Shown one piece after another: positions 30,728 to 39,707 of a DNA stretch of 64,000 bases. The stretch is from an uncultured delta proteobacterium (GTDB lineage Bacteria; Desulfobacterota; Desulfobacteria; Desulfobacterales; UBA2156), in NCBI GenBank assembly GCA_963736855.1, contig CAVTQK010000015.1, positions 480,001 to 544,000 on the forward strand, given 5' to 3'. The notes beneath the pieces are model-generated. The model had not been told where the DNA came from. It searched no databases and worked only from the letters and a program-made list of their open reading frames with translations. The translations under genes were made by a program, and so were the position numbers. How positions within the stretch are numbered: position 1 is the first letter of the stretch; every line of letters begins with the position of its first letter.

Positions 30728-32125
30728 GTGAAGAACTTTGATGCAATTATCGTAGGGGCTGGTCCGGCCGGCCTCTTTGCCGCTTATTATCTGGCCGAAC
30801 AATCCGATGCCAAGATCCTGGTGATCGAAAAAGGGAAAGCGGTCTCTGCGAGAAAATGCCCGATAAACGAAACCGGTGCATGCACCCGGTGTAAACCATG
30901 CCATATTCTTTCCGGCGTCGGTGGCGCCGGCCTTTTTTCGGACGGGAAGCTGAATTTCATTTCCAAACTGGGAAAAACGGACCTGACTCAGTTCATGGAC
31001 GTGGCCGCGGCCCAGACCCTCATCGACGAAACCGAATCGATATTCAACCGGTTTGGCATGAACGGCCCAAGCTTCCCCACGGATATGCATGCGGCCCGGC
31101 GCCTGCGAAAGCAGGCCAAGATACACGGTGTGGATCTGATGATTATCCGACAAAAACACCTCGGTAGCGATTGCCTTCCCGCCCATATTTTAGAGCTGAG
31201 TGAGTATATCCGGCAACGCGGCGTTTCCATTCACACCTCAGAAGAAGTCACTGATGTAAGGGTGGAAAACGGTCGAGTGAAGGGCATTGAAACGGATCGG
31301 AAATTTTATCCCGCCAGAAACGTGATTCTGGCTCCGGGCAGGGTGGGTGCGAGATGGATGAGCGCCATTGCAGCAAAGCATCACATCGGATTGACACAGA
31401 GGGGAATCGAGGTAGGGGTTCGGGTGGAGGTGCACAATGAGATTTTCCAGGACCTGTGCGGGGTCATCTACGATCCGGTCTTCTTTGTTCAGACCGAGAA
31501 GTACGATGATCAAGCCCGAACGTTTTGCACCAATTGGGGCGGGTTCGTCTCACAGGAAAATTACAGCGATTTTGTCTGCGTCAACGGTCATGCTCTCAGG
31601 CACATCAAATCCGAAAACACGAACTTTGCCTTTTTATCCAAGGTGGTGCTGACCGAACCGGTGACCGACAATCAGGCCTATGGGGAGTCCATCGGGAGTC
31701 TTGCCACGCTGATTGGGGGGGGAAAACCCATATTACAGCGGTTCGGCGATCTCAAGCGGGGCCGACGAAGTACTTGGCGACGAATCCGTAACAGTACAAT
31801 AAGTCCTACCTTGACGGATGTGGTTTGCGGGGATATCGCCATGGCTCTTCCCGAGAGAATCCTTGCCAATATTCTGGAAGGCCTGGAAAAACTCAATTAC
31901 GTGGTGCCCGGTGTCGCCAACGCGGAAACCCTTTTATATGCGCCAGAGATCAAATTTTTTGCGACCCAGGTACAAACGGATTCCAATCTCGAGACTCCGA
32001 TTCGAGGGATGTATGTGGCCGGGGACGGGCCCGGGGTTGCCGGCAACATCGTATCCTCGGCGGCTACGGGTTTGCTTTCGGCAAAAGCCGTCGTTGCTAA
32101 GTTGCATCGAATCAAAGACAGGTAA
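30728..32125 (+). CDS. FAD-dependent oxidoreductase with N-terminal Cys cluster
   Basis: GAGPAG, CTRCKPC, GGAGLFSDGK, AGDGPG. Confidence 0.9.
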   Translation: MKNFDAIIVGAGPAGLFAAYYLAEQSDAKILVIEKGKAVSARKCPINETGACTRCKPCHILSGVGGAGLFSDGKLNFISKLGKTDLTQFMDVAAAQTLIDETESIFNRFGMNGPSFPTDMHAARRLRKQAKIHGVDLMIIRQKHLGSDCLPAHILELSEYIRQRGVSIHTSEEVTDVRVENGRVKGIETDRKFYPARNVILAPGRVGARWMSAIAAKHHIGLTQRGIEVGVRVEVHNEIFQDLCGVIYDPVFFVQTEKYDDQARTFCTNWGGFVSQENYSDFVCVNGHALRHIKSENTNFAFLSKVVLTEPVTDNQAYGESIGSLATLIGGGKPILQRFGDLKRGRRSTWRRIRNSTISPTLTDVVCGDIAMALPERILANILEGLEKLNYVVPGVANAETLLYAPEIKFFATQVQTDSNLETPIRGMYVAGDGPGVAGNIVSSAATGLLSAKAVVAKLHRIKDR

Positions 32126-32141
32126 AACAAAAGGATGAAGC

Positions 32142-32318
32142 ATGGAAAAGGAAGTGCTCAACGCGATGAAAAAAGCTGGAAAACCGGTCCGTCCGGGTGA
32201 CATTGCTAAAATGATTGGGGCCGACAGCAAGATAGTTTCCGAGGTAATCGCCGAATTGAAAAAGAAGGGAAAAATTGTTTCTCCCAAGCGTTGCTACTAC
32301 AGCCTCGGAGAAGAGTAA
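32142..32318 (+). CDS. 58-aa winged-helix protein (not in ORF track)
   Basis: MEKEVLNAMKKAGKPVRPGDIAKMIGADSKIVSEVIAELKKKGKIVSPKRCYYSLGEE; AAGGA RBS. Confidence 0.8.
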   Translation: MEKEVLNAMKKAGKPVRPGDIAKMIGADSKIVSEVIAELKKKGKIVSPKRCYYSLGEE

Positions 32319-32319
32319 T

Positions 32320-33462
32320 CTATCTCCGGCTTAAATTTTTAACGGCTCTGACGACTACCTTAAATGCGTGATCGATCTCTTCCGGGGTGGTCATTTTACC
32401 GGTGGAAAAGCGAAGAGTCCCTTTGGCAAAATCGAGGGGGAGTCCCATGGCCTCAAGGACATGGGACACGGTGATTCGGTCCGAGTGACAGGCGGCACCT
32501 GCTGAAGCCGCCACTTCCAATCCGATTTCCTCCAGCACGCGGTTGGCTTCGACTCCACGAAATGAAATGCTGAGCGTATTCGGGAGGCATTTCTCGGGGT
32601 GCCCGTTCAGGCGGACTTCTTCCAACCCGTTTGTCACGCCTGTGTAAAATCGATCCCGCATGGCCTGCATATGGGATCGATTGGCATCCAGGTCACGGAG
32701 AGCGACCTCGCATGCTTTTCCGAGACCAACGATTCCCAGGACGTTTTCCGTTCCTGGCCGCATTCCGGCTTCCTGACCGGCTCCGAGCATCAAGGGGTCC
32801 AGAAAAAGTCCTTCTCGGATATAAAGAGCTCCCACCCCTTTGGGAGCATAGATTTTATGCCCGGCCACCGATAGCATATCGACCCCCAGCTCATGAACGT
32901 CGACCCGGATCTTACCGATTGACTGGGCGGCATCGGTATGCATGAGAATTCCGTGTTCCCGTGCCAGTGCTGCAATTTCCTGTATGGGCTGGAGAGTTCC
33001 CACCTCGTTGTTGGCATGCATGATGGAGATCAACACCGTTTCCCGAGAAATGGTTTTTCGGACGGTATCCACCGAAACACAACCGAAATCGTCCACAGGA
33101 AGATAACTGGCCGTAAACCCTGAGCGTTCCAAAAAGGCAAAAACCGATAAGACCGCAGGGTGCTCGATTTGCGTAGTGATGATGTGACGGCCCTTTTGGG
33201 CTGCGGCTGTGGCGGCGCATCTTATGGCATGATTATTGGCTTCGGTACCTCCGCTGGTGAAAAGAATCTCCCCAATCCTCGCGCCCAAAATTCGGGCTAC
33301 TTGTTCCCGGGCCCGGATCACCGCCTTCTTGGGAGCAATGCCGTACCAGTGGGTACTGGAGGGATTGCCGAATTCTTTTTCTAGAAAAGGCCGCATAGCC
33401 TCGATGACTTCGGGATCGTGTGGCGTTGTCGCGTTGTAGTCGAGATAGATAGGATTTTTCAT
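32320..33462 (-). CDS. Group I cysteine desulfurase (NifS/IscS-like)
   Basis: YLDYNATTP, HTDAAQ, AGHK, RPGTEN, SAGAACHS. Confidence 0.93.
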   Translation of the reverse strand: MKNPIYLDYNATTPHDPEVIEAMRPFLEKEFGNPSSTHWYGIAPKKAVIRAREQVARILGARIGEILFTSGGTEANNHAIRCAATAAAQKGRHIITTQIEHPAVLSVFAFLERSGFTASYLPVDDFGCVSVDTVRKTISRETVLISIMHANNEVGTLQPIQEIAALAREHGILMHTDAAQSIGKIRVDVHELGVDMLSVAGHKIYAPKGVGALYIREGLFLDPLMLGAGQEAGMRPGTENVLGIVGLGKACEVALRDLDANRSHMQAMRDRFYTGVTNGLEEVRLNGHPEKCLPNTLSISFRGVEANRVLEEIGLEVAASAGAACHSDRITVSHVLEAMGLPLDFAKGTLRFSTGKMTTPEEIDHAFKVVVRAVKNLSRR

Positions 33463-34610
33463 ATCAGAGGAATCCATTCGGAAAACGGATGGTCAGAAAG
33501 ATCGGTCTCGGAGACAAAGGCTGAGAATTGAGCGAGGACGGTTTCCAGAATCCGTTTCGATTGATGCCCGGAAATAATGGAGGAGATAGACATGAAAATA
33601 AGTTTAGGCCCTGATCTAGAACCCGTCCAGGGTGTTCGTTGAGCGTATCGGGCACAGGATCTGTAGTAGCGTTCTGTAAAAAGAAGCATTAAAATCATTG
33701 ACCCACGACATAAGCTCAACCGGGGAAAATCCATCAGTTCCGCCATCCTGAGGTAAGCCGGAGCCAAAGAAAGGGCGCGCACCAGCAGGATTTCTCGAAC
33801 CGAGGCTATCCGTCGGGAAAGCTCGGGCTCATCAAAGTCCCGACGTCCCAAATCACCCTTCAAGGAAGGGTGGTAGGCGATTCCGCGCTTAAGATCGCTT
33901 TCGATATCCCGAGTGATGTTGGCCAGTTGGATAAACTCACCCGCCTGAAGTGCGTTTCGATAAAGCTCCCTGGGCAGATCGGCGTTCTTGTGATGGAAAA
34001 GGTTCATGAGTCGGACGGCAAAAATCGTGGGATTGCCCAGGACGTTGTGACAATACCGGGAAAGCTGCTCGGTGGTCGCTAACACGCCTCCCTGACTTTC
34101 GAAGATCTGGGATGACCAGATCATGCCCCCGGCCATTTTACGAACAAGCTCAACGATGATGCTCTGAAACGGTAATTTAAGCTTGGCAAATACCGCGTCG
34201 ATGAGACGACAACGGTTGACCAGGAGCGTGTAGATGCGGTCGCTGGCGCTTCGAGCCAGTTTGTCGTCGATGAAGGGTGCCGGATCGGTGGAATATCCTT
34301 TTGGATCGAATTTAAATCGATGAACGAAGCTTTTCAGCATGGCCTCCCGCTGGGCGGGATACAGGACCAGATCTTCATAGGTGTCGAGAATCCGGCAATA
34401 AAGGTAGGCGACGGCCGCGCTGATCGCCAGTTGGGAGGGCAGAAAGAGGATACAGGCTGAAAAAGTTCGTGCCGCATGGGATAGGATTCTCCATACAAAG
34501 GATTCCGGTGAACGGGTCTTTTCCAGTCTGGAAATATCCGGAGCCGATCGATCCAGAACCAAGCCCTGAACTATGCGATGGGGTCTCAATAAAAAAAAAG
34601 CGATATCCAT
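33459..34610 (-). CDS. Squalene/phytoene synthase family prenyltransferase
   Basis: ARTF, YLYCRILDTYED and QLANITRDIESD Asp-rich motifs. Confidence 0.85.
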   Translation of the reverse strand: MDIAFFLLRPHRIVQGLVLDRSAPDISRLEKTRSPESFVWRILSHAARTFSACILFLPSQLAISAAVAYLYCRILDTYEDLVLYPAQREAMLKSFVHRFKFDPKGYSTDPAPFIDDKLARSASDRIYTLLVNRCRLIDAVFAKLKLPFQSIIVELVRKMAGGMIWSSQIFESQGGVLATTEQLSRYCHNVLGNPTIFAVRLMNLFHHKNADLPRELYRNALQAGEFIQLANITRDIESDLKRGIAYHPSLKGDLGRRDFDEPELSRRIASVREILLVRALSLAPAYLRMAELMDFPRLSLCRGSMILMLLFTERYYRSCARYAQRTPWTGSRSGPKLIFMSISSIISGHQSKRILETVLAQFSAFVSETDLSDHPFSEWIPLI

Positions 34611-34639
34611 ACAGGTATGCGCTGGAAAATGTCAATTAT

Positions 34640-34829
34640 GATGAAATCGTAAAAAAGCTATTTTTGCTCGCTTCGTGATCATTTTCGGGAGATGCTCACG
34701 GCTTCTCTAAATTTCAAGAACTCGGCGCAAGCGCCTCAAACAGCTTGAAATTATTAACGCTCAGCCGTTCGCATCTCTTTTTCCGAAAATGCTCCAATCT
34801 CGCTTGCAAAAGCTTTTTACAAAGCCATC
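34640..34829. mobile_element. MITE-like element type A, second copy
   Basis: Interior nearly identical to 7731-7923; AATTAT on both sides (34634-34639, 34830-34835). Confidence 0.9.
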
Positions 34830-34916
34830 AATTATGGAATTTGGGCAATATCGGAATTCATCCATAGTGAAAGCCGAAGATAAAGTCAATTCATCAACAG
34901 AATTTCACATGGAAGA

Positions 34917-36323
34917 TCAATCTGTTTTCCTCAAATGCCCCCTGAAGTAGGAGAAAAAAATACCGACTGTACACATTGCTGCGAAAAGAACAAAGCATAT
35001 CCGCATCGCCTTTAAAAAAAAAGGGTACTGATCCGGGGTTAATTTCTCGTTTCCGATGAAGATGGAAAAGACGACCATGACGATGGACATGCTGACCATT
35101 TGCCCCAAGAGGCGCATGGTGGCCACGGCGCCTGAGGCAATCCCGAAGAGCCGATTTTCAACCGCGCCCATAATGGCGCTCATATTGGGTGAAGAAAACA
35201 AGGCGAATCCGAAGCCGATGCAGGCGAGTGTCCCGGCGATATAAAATTTTTCCGTCTGTGGTCCGATGAATGAGAAAATGAAAAGTCCTGTTGCGGTAAT
35301 GGCCATCCCGATGGATGCCAGTATCCTCGGTTCCACCCGATCGGATGTCTTCCCGGCAAAGGGAGAAAAGATCGTCATGATTACCGGTTGGGCCACGAGC
35401 AACGTTCCGGCAGCTTGCGGGGTGAGGCCTTTGATATATTGCAGATACAGGCTGAGCAAGAATGTGATCCCGAAGGTGGCTGAATAATGGATCAGCGCAG
35501 CCAGACTGGAAAATGCAAAGACCTTGTTTTGAACAAACAGACGGACCTCGAAAATCGGATAACGGACGCGGAGCTCATAACGAATGAAAACCAAAAGCAG
35601 AATCATCCCGACGAAGATAAGGCCTACGGCCCAAAACTTTGGCAAAGCGGTGGTGCCGTAAACCAATGCCAGAATAGAGAATCCATAAAGGAAGCTGCCG
35701 AGAAGATCCAGCCTTTCCCCCCGGGCATCGGCCCACTCTCCTTTTAAGAGGGTTAATGTGATGTAAACCGATGCTCCCCCGAGAGGGACCCCCGCGATGA
35801 ACAGGCTCCTCCATCCCAATTGTTGGGTCAAGAATCCTCCCACAAAAGGGCCCGTGGACAAGCCTGCATAAACCGCCGCGACATAGATTCCAATGGCCTT
35901 TCCTCGTCTTTGTGGCGGGAAAATAGACGTGATGATGGCCATTCCGGTTGTGACGAAAAGGGCTGCGCCGATGCCTTGAAACACACGAAAGAGGATGAGG
36001 ATGCTCACCGAAGTCGAAAACGCCGCAAAAAGAGAGGAAAAGGTAAAAAGGGCGAGGCCCGATGTAAAGACCTTTTTTCTTCCGTAAAGGTCGGCGATTT
36101 TTCCGGCCGGCACCAGTACAACGGCAACGGCCAGGAGAAAAGCGTGGGCGATCCAGCCCAGTTCAACGGCATTCACGCCGAATTCTTTCTGGATCGCCGG
36201 GAGAGCCACGTTGACGGAGGAGATCATAAAGGGTCCCACGAAGGATGAAACCGTGGTCACCCACAAGGCGGTCTTTTCTTGAGTAGCCGGATCCGGAGGT
36301 TGGATTGGATGCATCGGGTTCAT
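34917..36323 (-). CDS. MFS transporter, 14-TM DHA2-like
   Basis: VNVALPAI, GKIADLYGRK, GPFVGG..LGWR. Confidence 0.93.
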   Translation of the reverse strand: MNPMHPIQPPDPATQEKTALWVTTVSSFVGPFMISSVNVALPAIQKEFGVNAVELGWIAHAFLLAVAVVLVPAGKIADLYGRKKVFTSGLALFTFSSLFAAFSTSVSILILFRVFQGIGAALFVTTGMAIITSIFPPQRRGKAIGIYVAAVYAGLSTGPFVGGFLTQQLGWRSLFIAGVPLGGASVYITLTLLKGEWADARGERLDLLGSFLYGFSILALVYGTTALPKFWAVGLIFVGMILLLVFIRYELRVRYPIFEVRLFVQNKVFAFSSLAALIHYSATFGITFLLSLYLQYIKGLTPQAAGTLLVAQPVIMTIFSPFAGKTSDRVEPRILASIGMAITATGLFIFSFIGPQTEKFYIAGTLACIGFGFALFSSPNMSAIMGAVENRLFGIASGAVATMRLLGQMVSMSIVMVVFSIFIGNEKLTPDQYPFFLKAMRICFVLFAAMCTVGIFFSYFRGHLRKTD

Positions 36324-36796
36324 CTTGCGGTACGGGCGATATTAGGGAAAATGTCTTTGAGCTTTTCGATGTGGGTGTTTTCTTCGTGGATAATGCGGTC
36401 CAGTGTTTCAGAGGTTTTTTCCTCCGATATGAAGGGCGCCAGCATCTTGTAGAATAGGATGCTGTCTTTTTCAAAACCAATGGCGGTCTCAATCAGTTCC
36501 TCAATCGTCCGGATCGTTGACAAATCGACATCTTTGAGGGAAAAAACCTGGTCTGCGAAAAAATCATCGGATAAAGACCGGCTCATTTCTCCGAGAATAT
36601 GGTGGTCATCGTCTCTTCCGAGGGTTTCTTTTAAATCGGAAAACCATCGGGCATGACTGTTTTCCTCGTCCGCGAGCAATTCCAAAAGTTCTCGAATCTC
36701 CGGATCATCGGCGGCTTTGGCGGCTTTCTGATAAACCCTCTGGCCGTTTTCCTCGAGCCTTACGGCCAATGCGATGATGTCATGGATCGTAAACAT
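36320..36796 (-). CDS. Ferritin-like / rubrerythrin-family diiron protein
   Basis: E..Y, EENSH, FEKDS..FY, EENTH. Confidence 0.85.
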   Translation of the reverse strand: MFTIHDIIALAVRLEENGQRVYQKAAKAADDPEIRELLELLADEENSHARWFSDLKETLGRDDDHHILGEMSRSLSDDFFADQVFSLKDVDLSTIRTIEELIETAIGFEKDSILFYKMLAPFISEEKTSETLDRIIHEENTHIEKLKDIFPNIARTAR

Positions 36797-36884
36797 GGTG
36801 AAATCCAATTGAAATCATAAAAATCTTGAGATCCGGTCGGATTCTTCCGGATGAAATACCCTGCAGAAGGCTGTGTGTTTATCT

Positions 36885-37073
36885 CTATATTTTGCGGTTC
36901 AAGTTGTATTGCCGAATCAGAACCTTTTTTTCATCATCGGGCAATGATTTCATGTAAGCACTCCATCCCGGGCACCAGTTGGTATGCCATCTCCACAATC
37001 GTCCTAAAATCGATTTCGGGTTGGCGTCGTATTTTGCCCTGAACGCGCAGGTGGAGCATTTAAGTTTTGCCAT
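36885..37073 (-). CDS. Small Cys/His/Trp protein
   Basis: CSTC..WRWHTNWCPGW; starts 1 nt after the multiheme gene stop; GGAGG RBS. Confidence 0.75.
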   Translation of the reverse strand: MAKLKCSTCAFRAKYDANPKSILGRLWRWHTNWCPGWSAYMKSLPDDEKKVLIRQYNLNRKI

Positions 37074-37074
37074 A

Positions 37075-39165
37075 TCAGTGTGCCTCCATGAGTGCAACAA
37101 AGCGTTTTTTCAATTCATACAGACCGTGCCACCACCTATAATCCGGAGCCATCATGGCAGCTCCCATTTTCGCGGCGCGTCCTTCCCGGTGCCCCATTTC
37201 GATCCAGGCGATCTCCAGTTGTTCGTCCGTCAGTCGTGTTTTATCCAGGATGTTTTCCCGATAAAGCCTTTCCATGTAACGACGTACGGGTCCTCCATAG
37301 ACTTCATTGTATTCATGAACGGCGCGGTCCAATTGATCGAAATGGTTACGGGTCCACAACAGGCTATGACATTGAAGACAGACGGTTTCCATTCGACCCC
37401 GGGCCTCTTTCCAATCGATCCCTTCAGGTCGGCCGGTAGGGGAGGCTTGGAGTTCCCAACTCAGCCGATGGCCCACATCATGGGAAGGCGGGGTATTTCC
37501 GGCGCCGGAAATATGGCATGCCGCGCAGGTGGGTGATCGATAGTCCACGCCGGCGGTCCAGGTGGAGGCGGCGGGTTCCCAGCGCCATGCGTCGCCAAAA
37601 ACCTGATAGAGGGTGCCGTGTTTGGATTCCCGGTAGATTTCCATTTGGGGATGTTCTGGGCCCACATGACACTTCCCACAGGCCTCGGCACGCCTCGCCT
37701 GGGATACGGCGAAACTGTGCGGTCCATGACAGGCGCCGCAATTTCCAAAGGATCGATCTGAGTTCATGCGGCCGATTCCCCGAGGCAGACCGCGTAGCTG
37801 TTCAAGCCGGGCTGATCCATCGGAGATGCCGACTCCATGGCAGCCTTCGCATCCGGTCACGATTTCTACATCTGAAAGGCGGTTTTCACGGATGAAGGGA
37901 TCCGTGGAAAGAACGATGGCAACGGTTTTGGCATGCTTGGATCGCTGGAATTCCTGATTTCGATCCAGATGGCATCTGGAACAATCTTTGGGTGTCACAA
38001 CCGGCGAGACCCACGCTTTTCCATGTTTTTTGTGAAAATTGGAAATATCCGGGTCCGACTTGGAAGCCAGATGGCAATGCATACAGGAAACTCCGTTTTT
38101 GGCATGGGCGGATTCGGACCAATCAGCCAGCACGGCGGGGGTCTCGAGATTATGGCACTTCAGACACGCATTCGCTTTCCCCCGGGTCCATTTTGGAAAC
38201 GGATCCACCAAAGGAGGTCCCCATCTCCACCAGACGATGCACGTCAGGACTACCAGGACGCACACTAAAATAAAATATGCCAGAAATACGAATAGATTTA
38301 AAACGTTTTTGCCCCGGTCCTTCTCGTCGGCCGCGGGGGCGGTCCCGAGATCCTTCACGCGCTCGAACACTTCCAGACTGTGGGGTGCTTTTTCCAGGGC
38401 ATCGGTTAAATCGGTTCCGGCAAAATGCCGTGCCATATGAACACCGTTCTTCCAGAACTTCGAACCAGTGACATCGTAGAGACGCCCGCTATGTATAATA
38501 TGGGCCGGACGCCCCTCTTTCCCATCGGGTTTCAGTGCACCGTCTCGCCCGGCCGCTTCCCGGAGCTTGCGATCGATGTAAGTGGTGGCAACAGCTGCCA
38601 CAACGACCATGAGAAAGTAGGTGCCCACTTTGACGATCCAGATGATTCCGAAGGTGGTGCTCCACAGTTCCCGCACTTCCTGGATCTTCAACAGGGTTAA
38701 TCCGATACCGGTCAACCCGACGACCCCGATACATAGACGCCCTAAAAACTTTTCGGATTTGGGCATCCCCGCCACCAGCGACCGGGGCTTGATGACCAGA
38801 TGTACGTAAATGATGGACCCGAACCAGATCACGCCGAAAAGGATGTGTAAAAAGCCCAGGACGGTCCTGGCTAGACGCTTGACCCAAAGGTGTCTTCCTT
38901 CGTCGGGAAGCAGGGTATATCCATCGGCCTTGAAGCGTTCACCCCTGAAGGTCAAGGCGCTGCCGCCGTCCGGATGAATATGGCATGCGGAACAGGCCAG
39001 TTTGCTCTGCCCGGAAAATTCAGGGGAAGCTATCGCTTGATGGTTCCATGCAGCCAATATAAACGGAATGGACATGATGAAAAAAAAGGTCATTTTCACG
39101 TGGGGCAATCGTCTTCGCGACGTTTCCGTTTCCCTGGGATTCCTTGTAAATGCCTCAATTGTCAT
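37075..39165 (-). CDS. Multidomain cytochrome: monoheme c + CopD-like TM + cytochrome b5-like + octaheme HAO-family
   Basis: 9 CxxCH motifs; YDVT..W..G.H..H.AG.DLT..APH b5-like motif; GPEHPQMEIY.ESKHG and APDY.WWHG motifs; true start may be 39093. Confidence 0.9.
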   Translation of the reverse strand: MTIEAFTRNPRETETSRRRLPHVKMTFFFIMSIPFILAAWNHQAIASPEFSGQSKLACSACHIHPDGGSALTFRGERFKADGYTLLPDEGRHLWVKRLARTVLGFLHILFGVIWFGSIIYVHLVIKPRSLVAGMPKSEKFLGRLCIGVVGLTGIGLTLLKIQEVRELWSTTFGIIWIVKVGTYFLMVVVAAVATTYIDRKLREAAGRDGALKPDGKEGRPAHIIHSGRLYDVTGSKFWKNGVHMARHFAGTDLTDALEKAPHSLEVFERVKDLGTAPAADEKDRGKNVLNLFVFLAYFILVCVLVVLTCIVWWRWGPPLVDPFPKWTRGKANACLKCHNLETPAVLADWSESAHAKNGVSCMHCHLASKSDPDISNFHKKHGKAWVSPVVTPKDCSRCHLDRNQEFQRSKHAKTVAIVLSTDPFIRENRLSDVEIVTGCEGCHGVGISDGSARLEQLRGLPRGIGRMNSDRSFGNCGACHGPHSFAVSQARRAEACGKCHVGPEHPQMEIYRESKHGTLYQVFGDAWRWEPAASTWTAGVDYRSPTCAACHISGAGNTPPSHDVGHRLSWELQASPTGRPEGIDWKEARGRMETVCLQCHSLLWTRNHFDQLDRAVHEYNEVYGGPVRRYMERLYRENILDKTRLTDEQLEIAWIEMGHREGRAAKMGAAMMAPDYRWWHGLYELKKRFVALMEAH

Positions 39166-39207
39166 CGGATGTCGGGAAGTTTTTACACGGGGTGGTTTCT
39201 CAACGAT

Positions 39208-39648
39208 TCATGAAATCGGAACCGTTACGACGGGGACCGGCGAGCATCTCAGCACCCGATCCGCAACGCTTCCGAAATCAAACCGACCGGTGCTTCCTTT
39301 TGTGGTGAGGACAACCATGTCGATGCCTTCCGCCTCGATCAGCTTGAGAATTTCTTCAGCCGCATCCCCCACCGCGATATGTTTGACAAATAAAACGCAC
39401 TGATCTAGAAACTTGGAACAGATTTCATCAAGTCGCTTTTCAGCCATTTCTTTTTCCCATCGGCTCATTTTTTCGAAATCCGCGGGGTCGTACTCACCAT
39501 AGGAGGCGCCCCATTCGCCATAGGACTTGAGGACATGCAGGACATGGATCTCAGCCTGATACTTTTCAGACAAAGACGTCAGGTGCGGGAGGGCCGCAGC
39601 CGCGTTTTTCGAAAGATCGGTCGGATAAAGGATTTTTTGGATCCGCAT
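39208..39648 (-). CDS. Universal stress protein
   Basis: KILYPTDLS, FGSVADRVLR.SPVPV. Confidence 0.95.
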   Translation of the reverse strand: MRIQKILYPTDLSKNAAAALPHLTSLSEKYQAEIHVLHVLKSYGEWGASYGEYDPADFEKMSRWEKEMAEKRLDEICSKFLDQCVLFVKHIAVGDAAEEILKLIEAEGIDMVVLTTKGSTGRFDFGSVADRVLRCSPVPVVTVPIS

Positions 39649-39707
39649 TTATTTATTCCTCCTTCAATCATCTATTGATAAAAGCAAGGCTTTCCGGGAG
39701 GATCTCT

